Numbered from the stretch's first letter, positions 1-8,089 are shown. The stretch: DNA of 61,319 nucleotides from an uncultured Pseudomonadales bacterium (GCA_964494905.1 CAZBTU010000003.1:1-61319); one strand, 5' to 3'. The notes: generated by a model from the letters alone, not told the origin. Program-made: numbers and translations.

Positions 1-18
1 TAAGTCTTAAGAATATAA

Positions 19-57
19 GCAAAAAATAGTTCAAACTGAGGATTTGTGGGCTCACAA
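19..57 (+). repeat. Island interspersed repeat, copy A (short form)
   Basis: GCAAAAAATAGTTCAAACTGAG + 10-nt variable spacer + CTCACAA. Same core and orientation as the copies at 1071, 3128 and 8036. Lies just downstream of the APH gene. Confidence 0.6.
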
Positions 58-82
58 TCAATAATTTCAATCATCTCCAAAC

Positions 83-991
83 CTAATCAATTTCTATCTC
101 TGCAAGCGCGTTCGCGACATTTACAAAACTATCAAGGAAATCTGCATTGTCTTCAACTGCCCATAATGACGATAAGACTGTCTGAAATAATCCCCATAAA
201 TAAATTCTCTTAGAATTTAAATCTAATATTCGAGAAAATGTGTAAATACGATTTTTAAGAATTTCCTTAAGTTTAGGATCACTCCCAATTGCTGGAGGAT
301 TTCTAAGAAATGTAGCAACTTCATATGCTTTTTCACCAATGATTCCAGAAGGATCAATTACTATCCAACCCTTTACAGAGTCAAAAATTATATTGAACTG
401 ATGCAAATCTCCGTGTAAAAGAAACTCCTCTTCTGGATTTTGGGTCAAAAGAATATATGCATCTTGAGCTTTCTTTAAAATGTCCGCAGAAAAAAGCGTA
501 TTCATTGGTGATAATTCTTTAAGCCTAAGAAAGTCCTGATATAGTTCATCTAAACTTCTAAAATCTGAAGAAACATCAACTTTTTTCCACAATCGATCCA
601 TAAGTGATGCAGCTATAATAATTGCTTCATCTTCTTGTATCGTGGCAAGAGTTTGTGCTGGGCTTATTTTTTCTAAAAGAATAGCTGGGATAGATTCATC
701 CACTTGTAATACTTTTGGAACTGGACCATCCTTTTGCAATTTTAAATAATTAATTTCACGATAAAATTCTTGATCTGGATAACTTACTTTAAGAACTATA
801 TCGCTTCCATTCTTAGTTTTGCCTTGAGCCACATAATTGCAATAACTATTTTTGAAAGGAGCTTCAATCTCGATATGCCAGTCTTGTTGTAATTTTTCTA
901 TACTACTCGGAAGTTCTTGTAGCCATTTTTTTCCCGCCTCACCTCGTGAGAGCATAAGCTCATTTAATTGTCTTGGTATATTTATTTGCAT
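83..991 (-). CDS. Aminoglycoside O-phosphotransferase, APH(6)/streptomycin 6-kinase (StrB-like) family
   Basis: LHGDLHQFNIIF...GWIVIDPSGIIGE matches the HGDLHxxN catalytic loop and the IDP motif of APH(6) enzymes. The C-terminal half aligns by eye with StrB. The ATG at 991 (MQINIPR) lies 9 nt downstream of a TATAAT (1006-1001 on minus). The ORF-track start at 1000 is a TTG. Confidence 0.8.
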   Translation of the reverse strand: MQINIPRQLNELMLSRGEAGKKWLQELPSSIEKLQQDWHIEIEAPFKNSYCNYVAQGKTKNGSDIVLKVSYPDQEFYREINYLKLQKDGPVPKVLQVDESIPAILLEKISPAQTLATIQEDEAIIIAASLMDRLWKKVDVSSDFRSLDELYQDFLRLKELSPMNTLFSADILKKAQDAYILLTQNPEEEFLLHGDLHQFNIIFDSVKGWIVIDPSGIIGEKAYEVATFLRNPPAIGSDPKLKEILKNRIYTFSRILDLNSKRIYLWGLFQTVLSSLWAVEDNADFLDSFVNVANALAEIEID

Positions 992-1070
992 AATAATCAA
1001 ATTATACTACTAGAAAAAAACAGTAATCAGTTAATACTTTCATAATTTAATTCTATACAATATATAAGAC

Positions 1071-1127
1071 GTAGCCTCTCGAGGTCTGCAAGAAATGGTT
1101 CAAACTGAGTTGCCTTAGGGTCACAGT
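1071..1127 (+). repeat. Island interspersed repeat, copy B (long form)
   Basis: GTAGCCTCTCGAGGTCTGCAAGAAATGGTTCAAACTGAG + 11-nt spacer + GGGTCACAGT. The left arm GTAGCCTCTCGAGGTCTGCAA is identical to copy D at 8036. Confidence 0.65.
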
Positions 1128-1146
1128 AAAAATAGACATCTTTGGC

Positions 1147-1932
1147 ATGGGAATAAAAGACGAAACAAATTATAAAAGAATTTTAGAAGCTTTACTGATA
1201 GTTGTACTTTTTGTCCTGTTTTTTACATATTTCTGTGCTTTGGACATTTTAAGAAATTCAGCGTCCGAACTGTTAAGGGACGTTCGCCCTGAATTAATTG
1301 GTGCTATCATTACATATTTTTTGATTGAAAAAGCACTTTCTTTTTATAGAGCAAGAGAAGAACAAAGGCGCCTTAAGTTAACTCATGATATGTTAAAATC
1401 AGTACTAAATACGTACATAGATCTTGCAGCATCACTATATAAATCGACCCTAAAAGAAAAAATTCAAATACCAAATTTAGATACATTTTTTAATTCTAAT
1501 TTTGTTGGTTCCATAAACAAGATTGATTTGTCCTCAGAATCTTCAATGTTAGAAATGGATAATCTTGCTTTTACTTCTTATAAGGGAATTCTACTACACA
1601 ATGATTTAGAAAATTTTATCAACATCCACTACTACGAGATAAGCAGTGAGATGTTAGATGCTCTGCTAGAATTTAAAGGTAAACTAATAGCTCTCGCTGG
1701 CTTAAAACAACTCTTTCAAACTCGTAAGCGCGCATTAAAAATTAACATCCCAGATACAACTAATTTGGGGGATCTTTTTGAGATATCGATGAATGAGTTT
1801 AAAAATATAGTTAAATTATTTAACAAAGCTAATCCAAAAAATCCAATTAAACTAAATACTAAAATTTTAGAAGATGGTGTTTGGAATGAAAAGCATGCTC
1901 CAAAATTCGGAAGTGGTATAAAAATGGATTAA
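1147..1932 (+). CDS. Hypothetical membrane protein (two N-terminal TM helices, soluble C-terminal domain)
   Basis: Long ORF in the AT-rich island. Hydrophobic stretches ILEALLIVVLFVLFFTYFCAL and PELIGAIITYFLI. No recognisable motif. Confidence 0.55.
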   Translation: MGIKDETNYKRILEALLIVVLFVLFFTYFCALDILRNSASELLRDVRPELIGAIITYFLIEKALSFYRAREEQRRLKLTHDMLKSVLNTYIDLAASLYKSTLKEKIQIPNLDTFFNSNFVGSINKIDLSSESSMLEMDNLAFTSYKGILLHNDLENFINIHYYEISSEMLDALLEFKGKLIALAGLKQLFQTRKRALKINIPDTTNLGDLFEISMNEFKNIVKLFNKANPKNPIKLNTKILEDGVWNEKHAPKFGSGIKMD

Positions 1933-1955
1933 GCTGTTGAGACCTAGGGTCACAA
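1933..1955 (+). repeat. Partial copy of the island repeat (right arm only)
   Basis: GCTGTTGAGACCTAGGGTCACAA resembles ACTGAGTTGCCTTAGGGTCACAG of copy B. Sits immediately after the stop of ORF 1147-1932. Confidence 0.4.
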
Positions 1956-1982
1956 ATTATTCATTTTTAATACTAAAAACTG

Positions 1983-2026
1983 TGGCGCGTATTTTGGCGC
2001 GTATGTGGCGCGAACTGTGATATACT
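1983..2026 (+). promoter_or_regulatory. Fic1 promoter/operator: three phased TGGCGCG direct repeats plus an extended -10
   Basis: TGGCGCG at 1983-1989, 1995-2001 and 2006-2012 (spacing 12 and 11 bp). TGaTATACT at 2018-2026. The ATG at 2034 is only 7 nt after the -10, so the transcript is near-leaderless. Confidence 0.55.
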
Positions 2027-2033
2027 CATTACT

Positions 2034-3086
2034 ATGTATACTCCAAAATTTACTATTACCTCTGAAATAACAAATCAAATAGCTGAGATTGAAGGTATTC
2101 GCACCATTGTAGATCAAAGCAATATTCTACCAGAGAAAGAAATAGCCCTACGATACAGAGCAACTGTAGAAGCAATACATAGCTCAACTACAATTGAAGG
2201 CAATCAACTAAACAAAAAACAAGTTGAGGCTGTACTTGCTGGAAAAGCTGTGGCACAAACTGAGTATGCCATTACTGAAGTAAAAAATTACAAAAATGCT
2301 CTTGACTGGCTACAAATTAGAAAACAAAACTCTAAACAAATCTCAATTGAAGATATCCTAAAAATACACGAGCTAACTATGGATGGACTTTTACCAAAAG
2401 AAAAAACTGGTCATTTGCGTCCGGGAGAAGTATATATTGTTGACATTATTAATAATGATGAGCAAGTTCGCTACCATGGTCCAAAATCTGAATTACTTCC
2501 TGATTTACTTTCAGATCTGTGTAAATGGCTGGAATTCGAAGCCAGTAAACTGCATCCAGTATTAGCTGCAAGCATCCTTCATTATGAATTTGTTTCAATA
2601 CATCCATTTAGCGATGGAAATGGTAGAGTTACTCGATTATTAACAATGCTCTACTTATCTCTGCGTCAATACGATTTTAGAGGAGTACTTGTCCCAGAGA
2701 TTTATTATCTTGATCATCGTATGCAATATTACAATGCTTTAAACCAAGAAAATGAATATAGTAAGCAAAGAAATGCAAATCTTACTCCATGGATTGAATT
2801 TTTCGTCAAAGGATTTTTAACTACAACCAAACACTTAAAAACAGAAATTACTATTGCTCAAGCAGTTAATCCCAAAAATGTAACCATTCGTCTGTCGCAA
2901 GAAGAAATACAGTTGCTCGACTTTGTGAAACAAATGGGTTCAATTTCGTTGGAAGAAACTTTAGAAATTCTACAAATTCCTAGAAGAACTGCTCAAAGAA
3001 GGCTGAGTGAATTAGTTGATAAAGGACTATTACGATTAAACAGCAGTGGTAAAAATACTAATTATATAGCGCATGTTCACAAGTAA
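2034..3086 (+). CDS. Fic family protein, class II (intramolecular inhibitory helix), with C-terminal winged-HTH-like domain
   Basis: Fic core motif HPFSDGNGRVTR (HxFx[D/E]GNGRxxR). Upstream inhibitory motif STTIEGN ([S/T]xxxE[G/N]). The C-terminal LSQEEIQLLDFVKQMGSISLEETLEILQIPRRTAQRRLSELVDKGLL looks like a wHTH. Confidence 0.88.
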   Translation: MYTPKFTITSEITNQIAEIEGIRTIVDQSNILPEKEIALRYRATVEAIHSSTTIEGNQLNKKQVEAVLAGKAVAQTEYAITEVKNYKNALDWLQIRKQNSKQISIEDILKIHELTMDGLLPKEKTGHLRPGEVYIVDIINNDEQVRYHGPKSELLPDLLSDLCKWLEFEASKLHPVLAASILHYEFVSIHPFSDGNGRVTRLLTMLYLSLRQYDFRGVLVPEIYYLDHRMQYYNALNQENEYSKQRNANLTPWIEFFVKGFLTTTKHLKTEITIAQAVNPKNVTIRLSQEEIQLLDFVKQMGSISLEETLEILQIPRRTAQRRLSELVDKGLLRLNSSGKNTNYIAHVHK

Positions 3087-3127
3087 AGCCAAGCTCTTTT
3101 AGTCGAGCATATGTCTTGAGGATACTG

Positions 3128-3168
3128 GCGAAAAATAGTTCCAACTGAGGGTGTGTGAACTCACAGCG
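3128..3168 (+). repeat. Island interspersed repeat, copy C
   Basis: GCGAAAAATAGTTCCAACTGAG + GGTGTGTGAA spacer + CTCACAGC. A degenerate left arm (ATGTCTTGAGGATACTG) lies at 3111-3127. Located in the convergent gap between Fic1 and the 1148-aa gene. Confidence 0.6.
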
Positions 3169-3224
3169 TTTTTCTCTAGAGTTTTTCACACCCTAAGTGC
3201 AACATTGAACTATTCTTACTTTTT

Positions 3225-3261
3225 TGGCACAATTTTTGGCGCGATTATGGCACAATATAGT
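3225..3261 (+). promoter_or_regulatory. Orphan Fic1-type operator/promoter-like element with no downstream ORF
   Basis: TGGCACA (3225-3231), TGGCGCG (3237-3243) and TGGCACA (3248-3254), with the same 12/11-bp phasing as the Fic1 operator. A TATAGT follows at 3256-3261. It points into the 3' end of the convergent 1148-aa gene. Confidence 0.4.
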
Positions 3262-3347
3262 TTGTATTTACTCAAAATGTAACTTTATAAAGTATTTGAA
3301 GATACAGTAATTTTGCTTTATACTGTGGCAAGACCGACAGGGAATAG

Positions 3348-6300
3348 CTAGTTCAATGCTTCAATATATTTATCAATTTGTTCCTTCATGAATGATGTGG
3401 CATTTGATTGATATGATTTTAATAAGTTAATTATTTCACTCGGTGAAATTATCTGTTGCCATTGATCACTTTTTGATTTATAACTTTCAATAAATTCATA
3501 AAAAAATGTAGGATTTTGAGTTACCTCTCTTATGAATATTCTGGCATCTCTCATTTCTCCTGAGTTAAGTAAGATCGGATTGGAAAGAATAAGCTCTTTG
3601 CGATATGTTGGTAAAATCAAAAAAAGATATTCAAATTGTTTTTCCGAAGCAATTGAAGCAAAGAAATTATTAGGTAGACCTGTTGAATTCACTATATCAA
3701 AAACATAGTGTTCACCATGTAGATCTTTTATCCCACTCAATACATTTAGGTAATCCTTAATCATAAAAGTTTCACCTGAATTCATAAAAGCATCTATTTG
3801 ATCAAAATTACTAACAATATTGGCTAGTGTTGTATAACCATAATCATCATAAATACCACGAAATATTTTATTGATTTGATCTTGATTAAGCTGCCCAAAG
3901 TATTCCTTACAAAGGGTAAAGTATGGGTCAGACTCATCTGCAAGATAAAGTTTTTGCAAGAATTCAGTTCGAAAAAGAGTAAACAGAATCAATTGCTTTG
4001 CCATGGGATCGATGACCATGAACTTATCCAAATATTCTGTATCAAGTTTATCTAAATCTCTGATCGCATCAGGGCTTACTGGCACAGTAAGATCAGAAAG
4101 GTTTGGACTAAGAAGAATAAATCGATTGAAGAGTGAACCACCCAGTTTAACATAGATAACGTTACCTGTATTGTCTTCAAATTCAACAACTTCACCGGTT
4201 ATCAATTTTTGTAGAAGTTCTCTGTATAGCACATTGTCATCAAATTCGACAACTTCGCCGGATATGAATTCCTGTGGTAATCGCGGATCAAATCCATACC
4301 AATTTGCATTTGTGTCAACCGCGATAAATCGTAATTGCGAACCTATTTCTCCACTTTTTGTTTCCGGTTTCGGTGCACCAGGTAGATCATCAATTATTTC
4401 ATCAAATACTGCAAGGTTACTCATTAAATAGTCCAATTGATCTCTGAGTTTTTTACTCCCATAAGGATCTCCTGAATATCCTTGATATATTCCAATATAA
4501 TCCTGAAGCAAGCCGCCAATACTCGCGGACGTAGGTGATACACCTGCTATAGCAAGCAGATTCATAATATGATACATCCCACCAGCTAGGTTAGCCGGAT
4601 CAAAGTTTTTCATTAGAAAATCTTTAGAAGGTATATCCCAGTATTTAGATTCTGGGAGCAGTAACGCTAGATCAGCCGCAGTAAATCCTTTTGAAAAAGG
4701 GTCTTCGATCATTGTCTGAGCCAGAAATCCGGAATCAGAATTATTTAATGAACCTATAGGAGTACCTATAAATGGGTTGTTTCTCGTAATCAGTTTTAAA
4801 GCGATAGTTACATCCCACATTGAGGAGTAGAGATCACCGTCATTTTTAACAAGCGCAAAGGCTAATATATCGGAGATAGGAACTTGGTTTTGTGTATGTT
4901 CATATTGTTGAAAAATAAAATTTTGATAATCAGAAAAATATAAAGTAATTTGTTCAATATTTAGCTGTTTAACTGTTGGGTGAAGCGAGTTATACAAAAC
5001 ACAAACGTCGTGGAAATTAGAAAAATTGCTACTGGATAGATGATAAACTTGTTGTAGTGATTCCGATGTTATTGACAAGAATAGAGGATCACTATTATTA
5101 TTTTTTGATAAAGTATAATCCGTGACAACATCATCTAATCCGACGTAGTCAGGATGAACTTGCCAGAAAACAGGCGAGGGGTCGTGATTATATTTTCTCG
5201 CCATTGTTTCATATGTTGAAAATGCATTCGTTAATAACACATCAATTGTTTGATAATTCAGGTTTTCTTTTTCTAATAATTCATATAGTGCTGTCTGCTT
5301 TTCTTCTGGGAATAATTCGATTTGTTCTCGTAACTGATCATCAAAATCTCTTTCTTTTTCCGTAAGGACAGTGATCGCAAACTCGAATAACTTTTTTGCA
5401 GACTCGGGATCACTTAAATCAGCATTTATCATCTGAATAAATTGTGGGTCTGTGAATATATCAATCAGTGCTTCACTAGGTAGTTTAGAGATAAGATTCA
5501 AGGTCTGATGTTCAAACAGTTCTAAAAATTGTGCTCCCATCTCTGTAGTAGTAAGCCACATTAGACCTTTTTGAATAATCATTTGTTCCTGATTATGGAA
5601 AAAATGTTCTACCGATTCACTCGCAGCCGAAACTATATCAGCTGCTGTCGGACCAAAAACTGAAAGTAAATATAATATATTCACTAAGATTAAATCTTTT
5701 TTTAAATCGGCAGCTCTATCACTATTTGTTGCAACTTGTTCAATTCTTGTACGGATTCTGTTTATCTCTCTTGGTATTTTTTGACCCTGTTGTTCCATGC
5801 AGACACACCACTGGACTATTTTTTGTGTCGGCGTAAGACTATCATCACTAAGCACCAAACTTGCAATTTTAGGCTTCAGTTCTTCAAGAGTTTTCAGGGA
5901 TCGTAAACGACTGACGTTGTCGCCATAGCTGTATGCACCTGATCTCTGATCTTCAAGCAATTGGCCATAAACAACAGCGTGTGAATGTTCTCGAGAACCC
6001 TGTGTAGTCCGTAATGTTTGAGTCAGTACACCCATGTGTTTAAGAGTTTTCTCAATTTCACTTTTACCTTTTTCTTTAAGTGTGTTTTCTAAACCAAAGA
6101 AATCATTTATTCTACCAAAAAATTTGGTTCTTCCAATACTTTCAGCAGCTAGTCCATCAAGCGCCATTGCTTTATTGAGGTTCCATTGTTTCAAAAAATC
6201 ATGATTAGCATCTTTTAAAAAAGAAGCTGCTGTATTCCACCAGGTTTTTGACTCAACTGCAAGAAAATCATAATAACTGATTTTATCGGTAAAACCATCT

Positions 6301-6794
6301 TCGCCTGATTCAAGTTTAAGAGTTAGGAAAACAAATTGCCGTAGTTTTTCAATTGAAGTTTGCTCTAGATCTATTTTCCCCAAACAATCTATAATTTGTT
6401 CTGCGTTTGTGAGCTGTTTTTCTACTAATGGACAAAGATCCGCAAATACTTCAATCATACTCATTCGCACATTTCGTTCTTTCGAATTGTTTGGCTGAAG
6501 AGAGGTGACAGAATCAAATGAATAGGGTTTGATGTATTTTAGAAAACGTTCTACCTTAACTGACAACGTTGTGCTAGGTTCTACAAGGATTTCATTTACC
6601 TTATCATCAAAATCATTTGAGCTTATCGTCGATGCATGAACTTTCTTAATGAAATCAGCTTCTTCTTTCAGTAAATGCAGTATTTTCTTTGAAGTTATTG
6701 CATTTATTTCTTCTAATAAACGCGTCTCAGTCAAGAGCTTCTTTCCAATTTCAAAATTCAAAGTATCAATATTTTCAACAGGTTTTTCGTTCAA
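3348..6794 (-). CDS. Large orphan protein (1148 aa), function unknown
   Basis: Uninterrupted 3.4-kb ORF in AT-rich DNA. Apparent TTG start; the next in-frame Met is about 105 codons in. No catalytic motif recognised. Internal duplicated segment SGEVVEFDDN / TGEVVEFEDN (29-nt DNA repeat at 4171-4199 and 4234-4262). Co-directional with the Fic gene 137 nt upstream. Confidence 0.75.
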   Translation of the reverse strand: MNEKPVENIDTLNFEIGKKLLTETRLLEEINAITSKKILHLLKEEADFIKKVHASTISSNDFDDKVNEILVEPSTTLSVKVERFLKYIKPYSFDSVTSLQPNNSKERNVRMSMIEVFADLCPLVEKQLTNAEQIIDCLGKIDLEQTSIEKLRQFVFLTLKLESGEDGFTDKISYYDFLAVESKTWWNTAASFLKDANHDFLKQWNLNKAMALDGLAAESIGRTKFFGRINDFFGLENTLKEKGKSEIEKTLKHMGVLTQTLRTTQGSREHSHAVVYGQLLEDQRSGAYSYGDNVSRLRSLKTLEELKPKIASLVLSDDSLTPTQKIVQWCVCMEQQGQKIPREINRIRTRIEQVATNSDRAADLKKDLILVNILYLLSVFGPTAADIVSAASESVEHFFHNQEQMIIQKGLMWLTTTEMGAQFLELFEHQTLNLISKLPSEALIDIFTDPQFIQMINADLSDPESAKKLFEFAITVLTEKERDFDDQLREQIELFPEEKQTALYELLEKENLNYQTIDVLLTNAFSTYETMARKYNHDPSPVFWQVHPDYVGLDDVVTDYTLSKNNNSDPLFLSITSESLQQVYHLSSSNFSNFHDVCVLYNSLHPTVKQLNIEQITLYFSDYQNFIFQQYEHTQNQVPISDILAFALVKNDGDLYSSMWDVTIALKLITRNNPFIGTPIGSLNNSDSGFLAQTMIEDPFSKGFTAADLALLLPESKYWDIPSKDFLMKNFDPANLAGGMYHIMNLLAIAGVSPTSASIGGLLQDYIGIYQGYSGDPYGSKKLRDQLDYLMSNLAVFDEIIDDLPGAPKPETKSGEIGSQLRFIAVDTNANWYGFDPRLPQEFISGEVVEFDDNVLYRELLQKLITGEVVEFEDNTGNVIYVKLGGSLFNRFILLSPNLSDLTVPVSPDAIRDLDKLDTEYLDKFMVIDPMAKQLILFTLFRTEFLQKLYLADESDPYFTLCKEYFGQLNQDQINKIFRGIYDDYGYTTLANIVSNFDQIDAFMNSGETFMIKDYLNVLSGIKDLHGEHYVFDIVNSTGLPNNFFASIASEKQFEYLFLILPTYRKELILSNPILLNSGEMRDARIFIREVTQNPTFFYEFIESYKSKSDQWQQIISPSEIINLLKSYQSNATSFMKEQIDKYIEALN

Positions 6795-6931
6795 AACATG
6801 TACTTTTTTTTTAGCAAAATTTCTGGCATGTATTTACTTTAACACGATTTTGTTGATTTTGCACAAAAATGTGAGTTCAATACCCTATGAGAATTTGTTG
6901 AAAAAATACCTGTCATTCATTAAATAAAATC

Positions 6932-7966
6932 TTACTTATCACTCAACACATAATAAGTAGACCGACCCTTACCCTCGCGTTTAATTAAACCTAATTCAAT
7001 CAATCTTTGAAAATCGAGTGTTCTGGTAGCCTTTGCCCTATCAGTCAACTTTGAATATGCTCTATCTGTAATAAAACCGTTTTGCTTTATATAATTAATT
7101 AATTTTAAATGATATGTCTCAATTTTAGTTTCAGGGGAATAACCAGTTTGCGGAATTATCTTTTTCACTCTGTGCAACTCATCAATGATACCTTCTGTAA
7201 AATACTCAAGCCAACTAGTGAAATCAATTGTTTCTCTCAATTCATTATAATCACCACATTCACCAACAGTCTGAAAATATTTTGTTACATTTTTATTGTA
7301 ATAGTTCTCAAAACTAAACAGATTAAATGTATTAAGTCCCATTTTTGCCAACAGAACTTTAGTCATTAATCTTGTGGTTCTACCATTCCCATCAATAAAA
7401 GGGTGGATAATAACCATTTGTTTATGAAAAATGCCTGCCAAAATCAAAGAATCCACAATATTTTTATTTCGGATAACAAATGTGGCAAGTTCTGTCATTA
7501 ATTTATTAACTTGATCATGATCAGGAGGTAAAAATACAACCTTGCCTGTTCTAGGATCATTAACAACTACAGGCTTTTTTCTCAGTCTACCTGACTCAAA
7601 ATCAGGTAACAAGCCGCCAATGACTTTTTTATGAACTGCTAAAATTAGATTTAAAGAAATAGATAAATCATCTTTTTTACTAAGATCATTCAAGTATTCA
7701 AGTGCCTCAATATAGTTAAGCACTTCTCGTTCACTATCACGAATGTATTCTGGTCTATTCTTTAATACTTTTTTAACTTCAGTTAAAGGTAATGGATTAC
7801 CCTCAATACTCGTAGATGCAAAGGCAGAAACTTCTCTTGCCTTTCTTTCAAAATCAATCAATACAACTTTGGGAAATCTTTGATTATTGAGTTCTTCGAC
7901 TAATAAAGCTATATACTTTATATTTGAAAGCAGCTTATTTGTAATCGTATACTTTGGCGTAAACAT
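6932..7966 (-). CDS. Fic family protein, class II, with C-terminal wHTH-like domain (paralog of 2034-3086)
   Basis: Fic motif HPFIDGNGRTTR. Inhibitory motif STSIEGN. N-terminus MFTPKYTITNKLL parallels MYTPKFTITSEIT of Fic1. C-terminal LKLINYIKQNGFITDRAYSKLTDRAKATRTLDFQRLIELGLI is HTH-like. Confidence 0.88.
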   Translation of the reverse strand: MFTPKYTITNKLLSNIKYIALLVEELNNQRFPKVVLIDFERKAREVSAFASTSIEGNPLPLTEVKKVLKNRPEYIRDSEREVLNYIEALEYLNDLSKKDDLSISLNLILAVHKKVIGGLLPDFESGRLRKKPVVVNDPRTGKVVFLPPDHDQVNKLMTELATFVIRNKNIVDSLILAGIFHKQMVIIHPFIDGNGRTTRLMTKVLLAKMGLNTFNLFSFENYYNKNVTKYFQTVGECGDYNELRETIDFTSWLEYFTEGIIDELHRVKKIIPQTGYSPETKIETYHLKLINYIKQNGFITDRAYSKLTDRAKATRTLDFQRLIELGLIKREGKGRSTYYVLSDK

Positions 7967-7968
7967 AT

Positions 7969-8004
7969 TAGTCTAATAATAGTCGATTATTAGTCGATTG
8001 TCAA
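7969..8004 (-). promoter_or_regulatory. Fic2 promoter/operator: TTGACA-17-TATTAT overlaid by three phased TAGTC(G/T)A repeats
   Basis: On the minus strand, TTGACA (8004-7999), a 17-nt spacer, then TATTAT (7981-7976). The ATG at 7966 is 9 nt after the -10. On the plus strand, TAGTCTA 7969-7975, TAGTCGA 7980-7986 and TAGTCGA 7991-7997 (11-bp phasing). Confidence 0.6.
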
Positions 8005-8035
8005 TACTCTGATTTTATGCTAAGTATAGTAAGAT

Positions 8036-8089
8036 GTAGCCTCTCGAGGTCTGCAAAAAATAGTTCCAACTGAGGGCGCGTGGGGTCAC
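8036..8089 (+). repeat. Island interspersed repeat, copy D (long form), at the right edge of the AT-rich island
   Basis: GTAGCCTCTCGAGGTCTGCAAAAAATAGTTCCAACTGAG + GGCGCGTGG spacer + GGTCAC. Coincides with the switch from about one-third GC to higher-GC DNA. Confidence 0.65.

Noticed and set aside
19-40. The island repeat as a duplicated gene 3' end. One frame reads ...AKNSSN-stop in copies A, C and D, and ARNGSN-stop in copy B.
   Set aside because: Copy A has an in-frame stop immediately upstream (16-18). The conservation continues past the putative stop into the right arm, with a variable spacer, which is not a coding pattern. It is kept as a non-coding repeat, though an att-site origin from a gene end cannot be excluded.
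1983-2012. The phased heptamer repeats as a CRISPR array or as replication iterons
   Set aside because: There are only three 7-nt units with 4-5 nt between them, far too short for CRISPR repeats and spacers. They overlap core promoter elements directly in front of genes that encode HTH-bearing proteins. Operators are the simpler explanation.
4171-4262. The 29-nt direct repeat inside the 1148-aa gene as a DGR template/variable repeat pair
   Set aside because: The copies are 63 nt apart within the same ORF and in frame, which indicates a protein-level duplication. The differences are not adenine-specific, and no reverse transcriptase is nearby.
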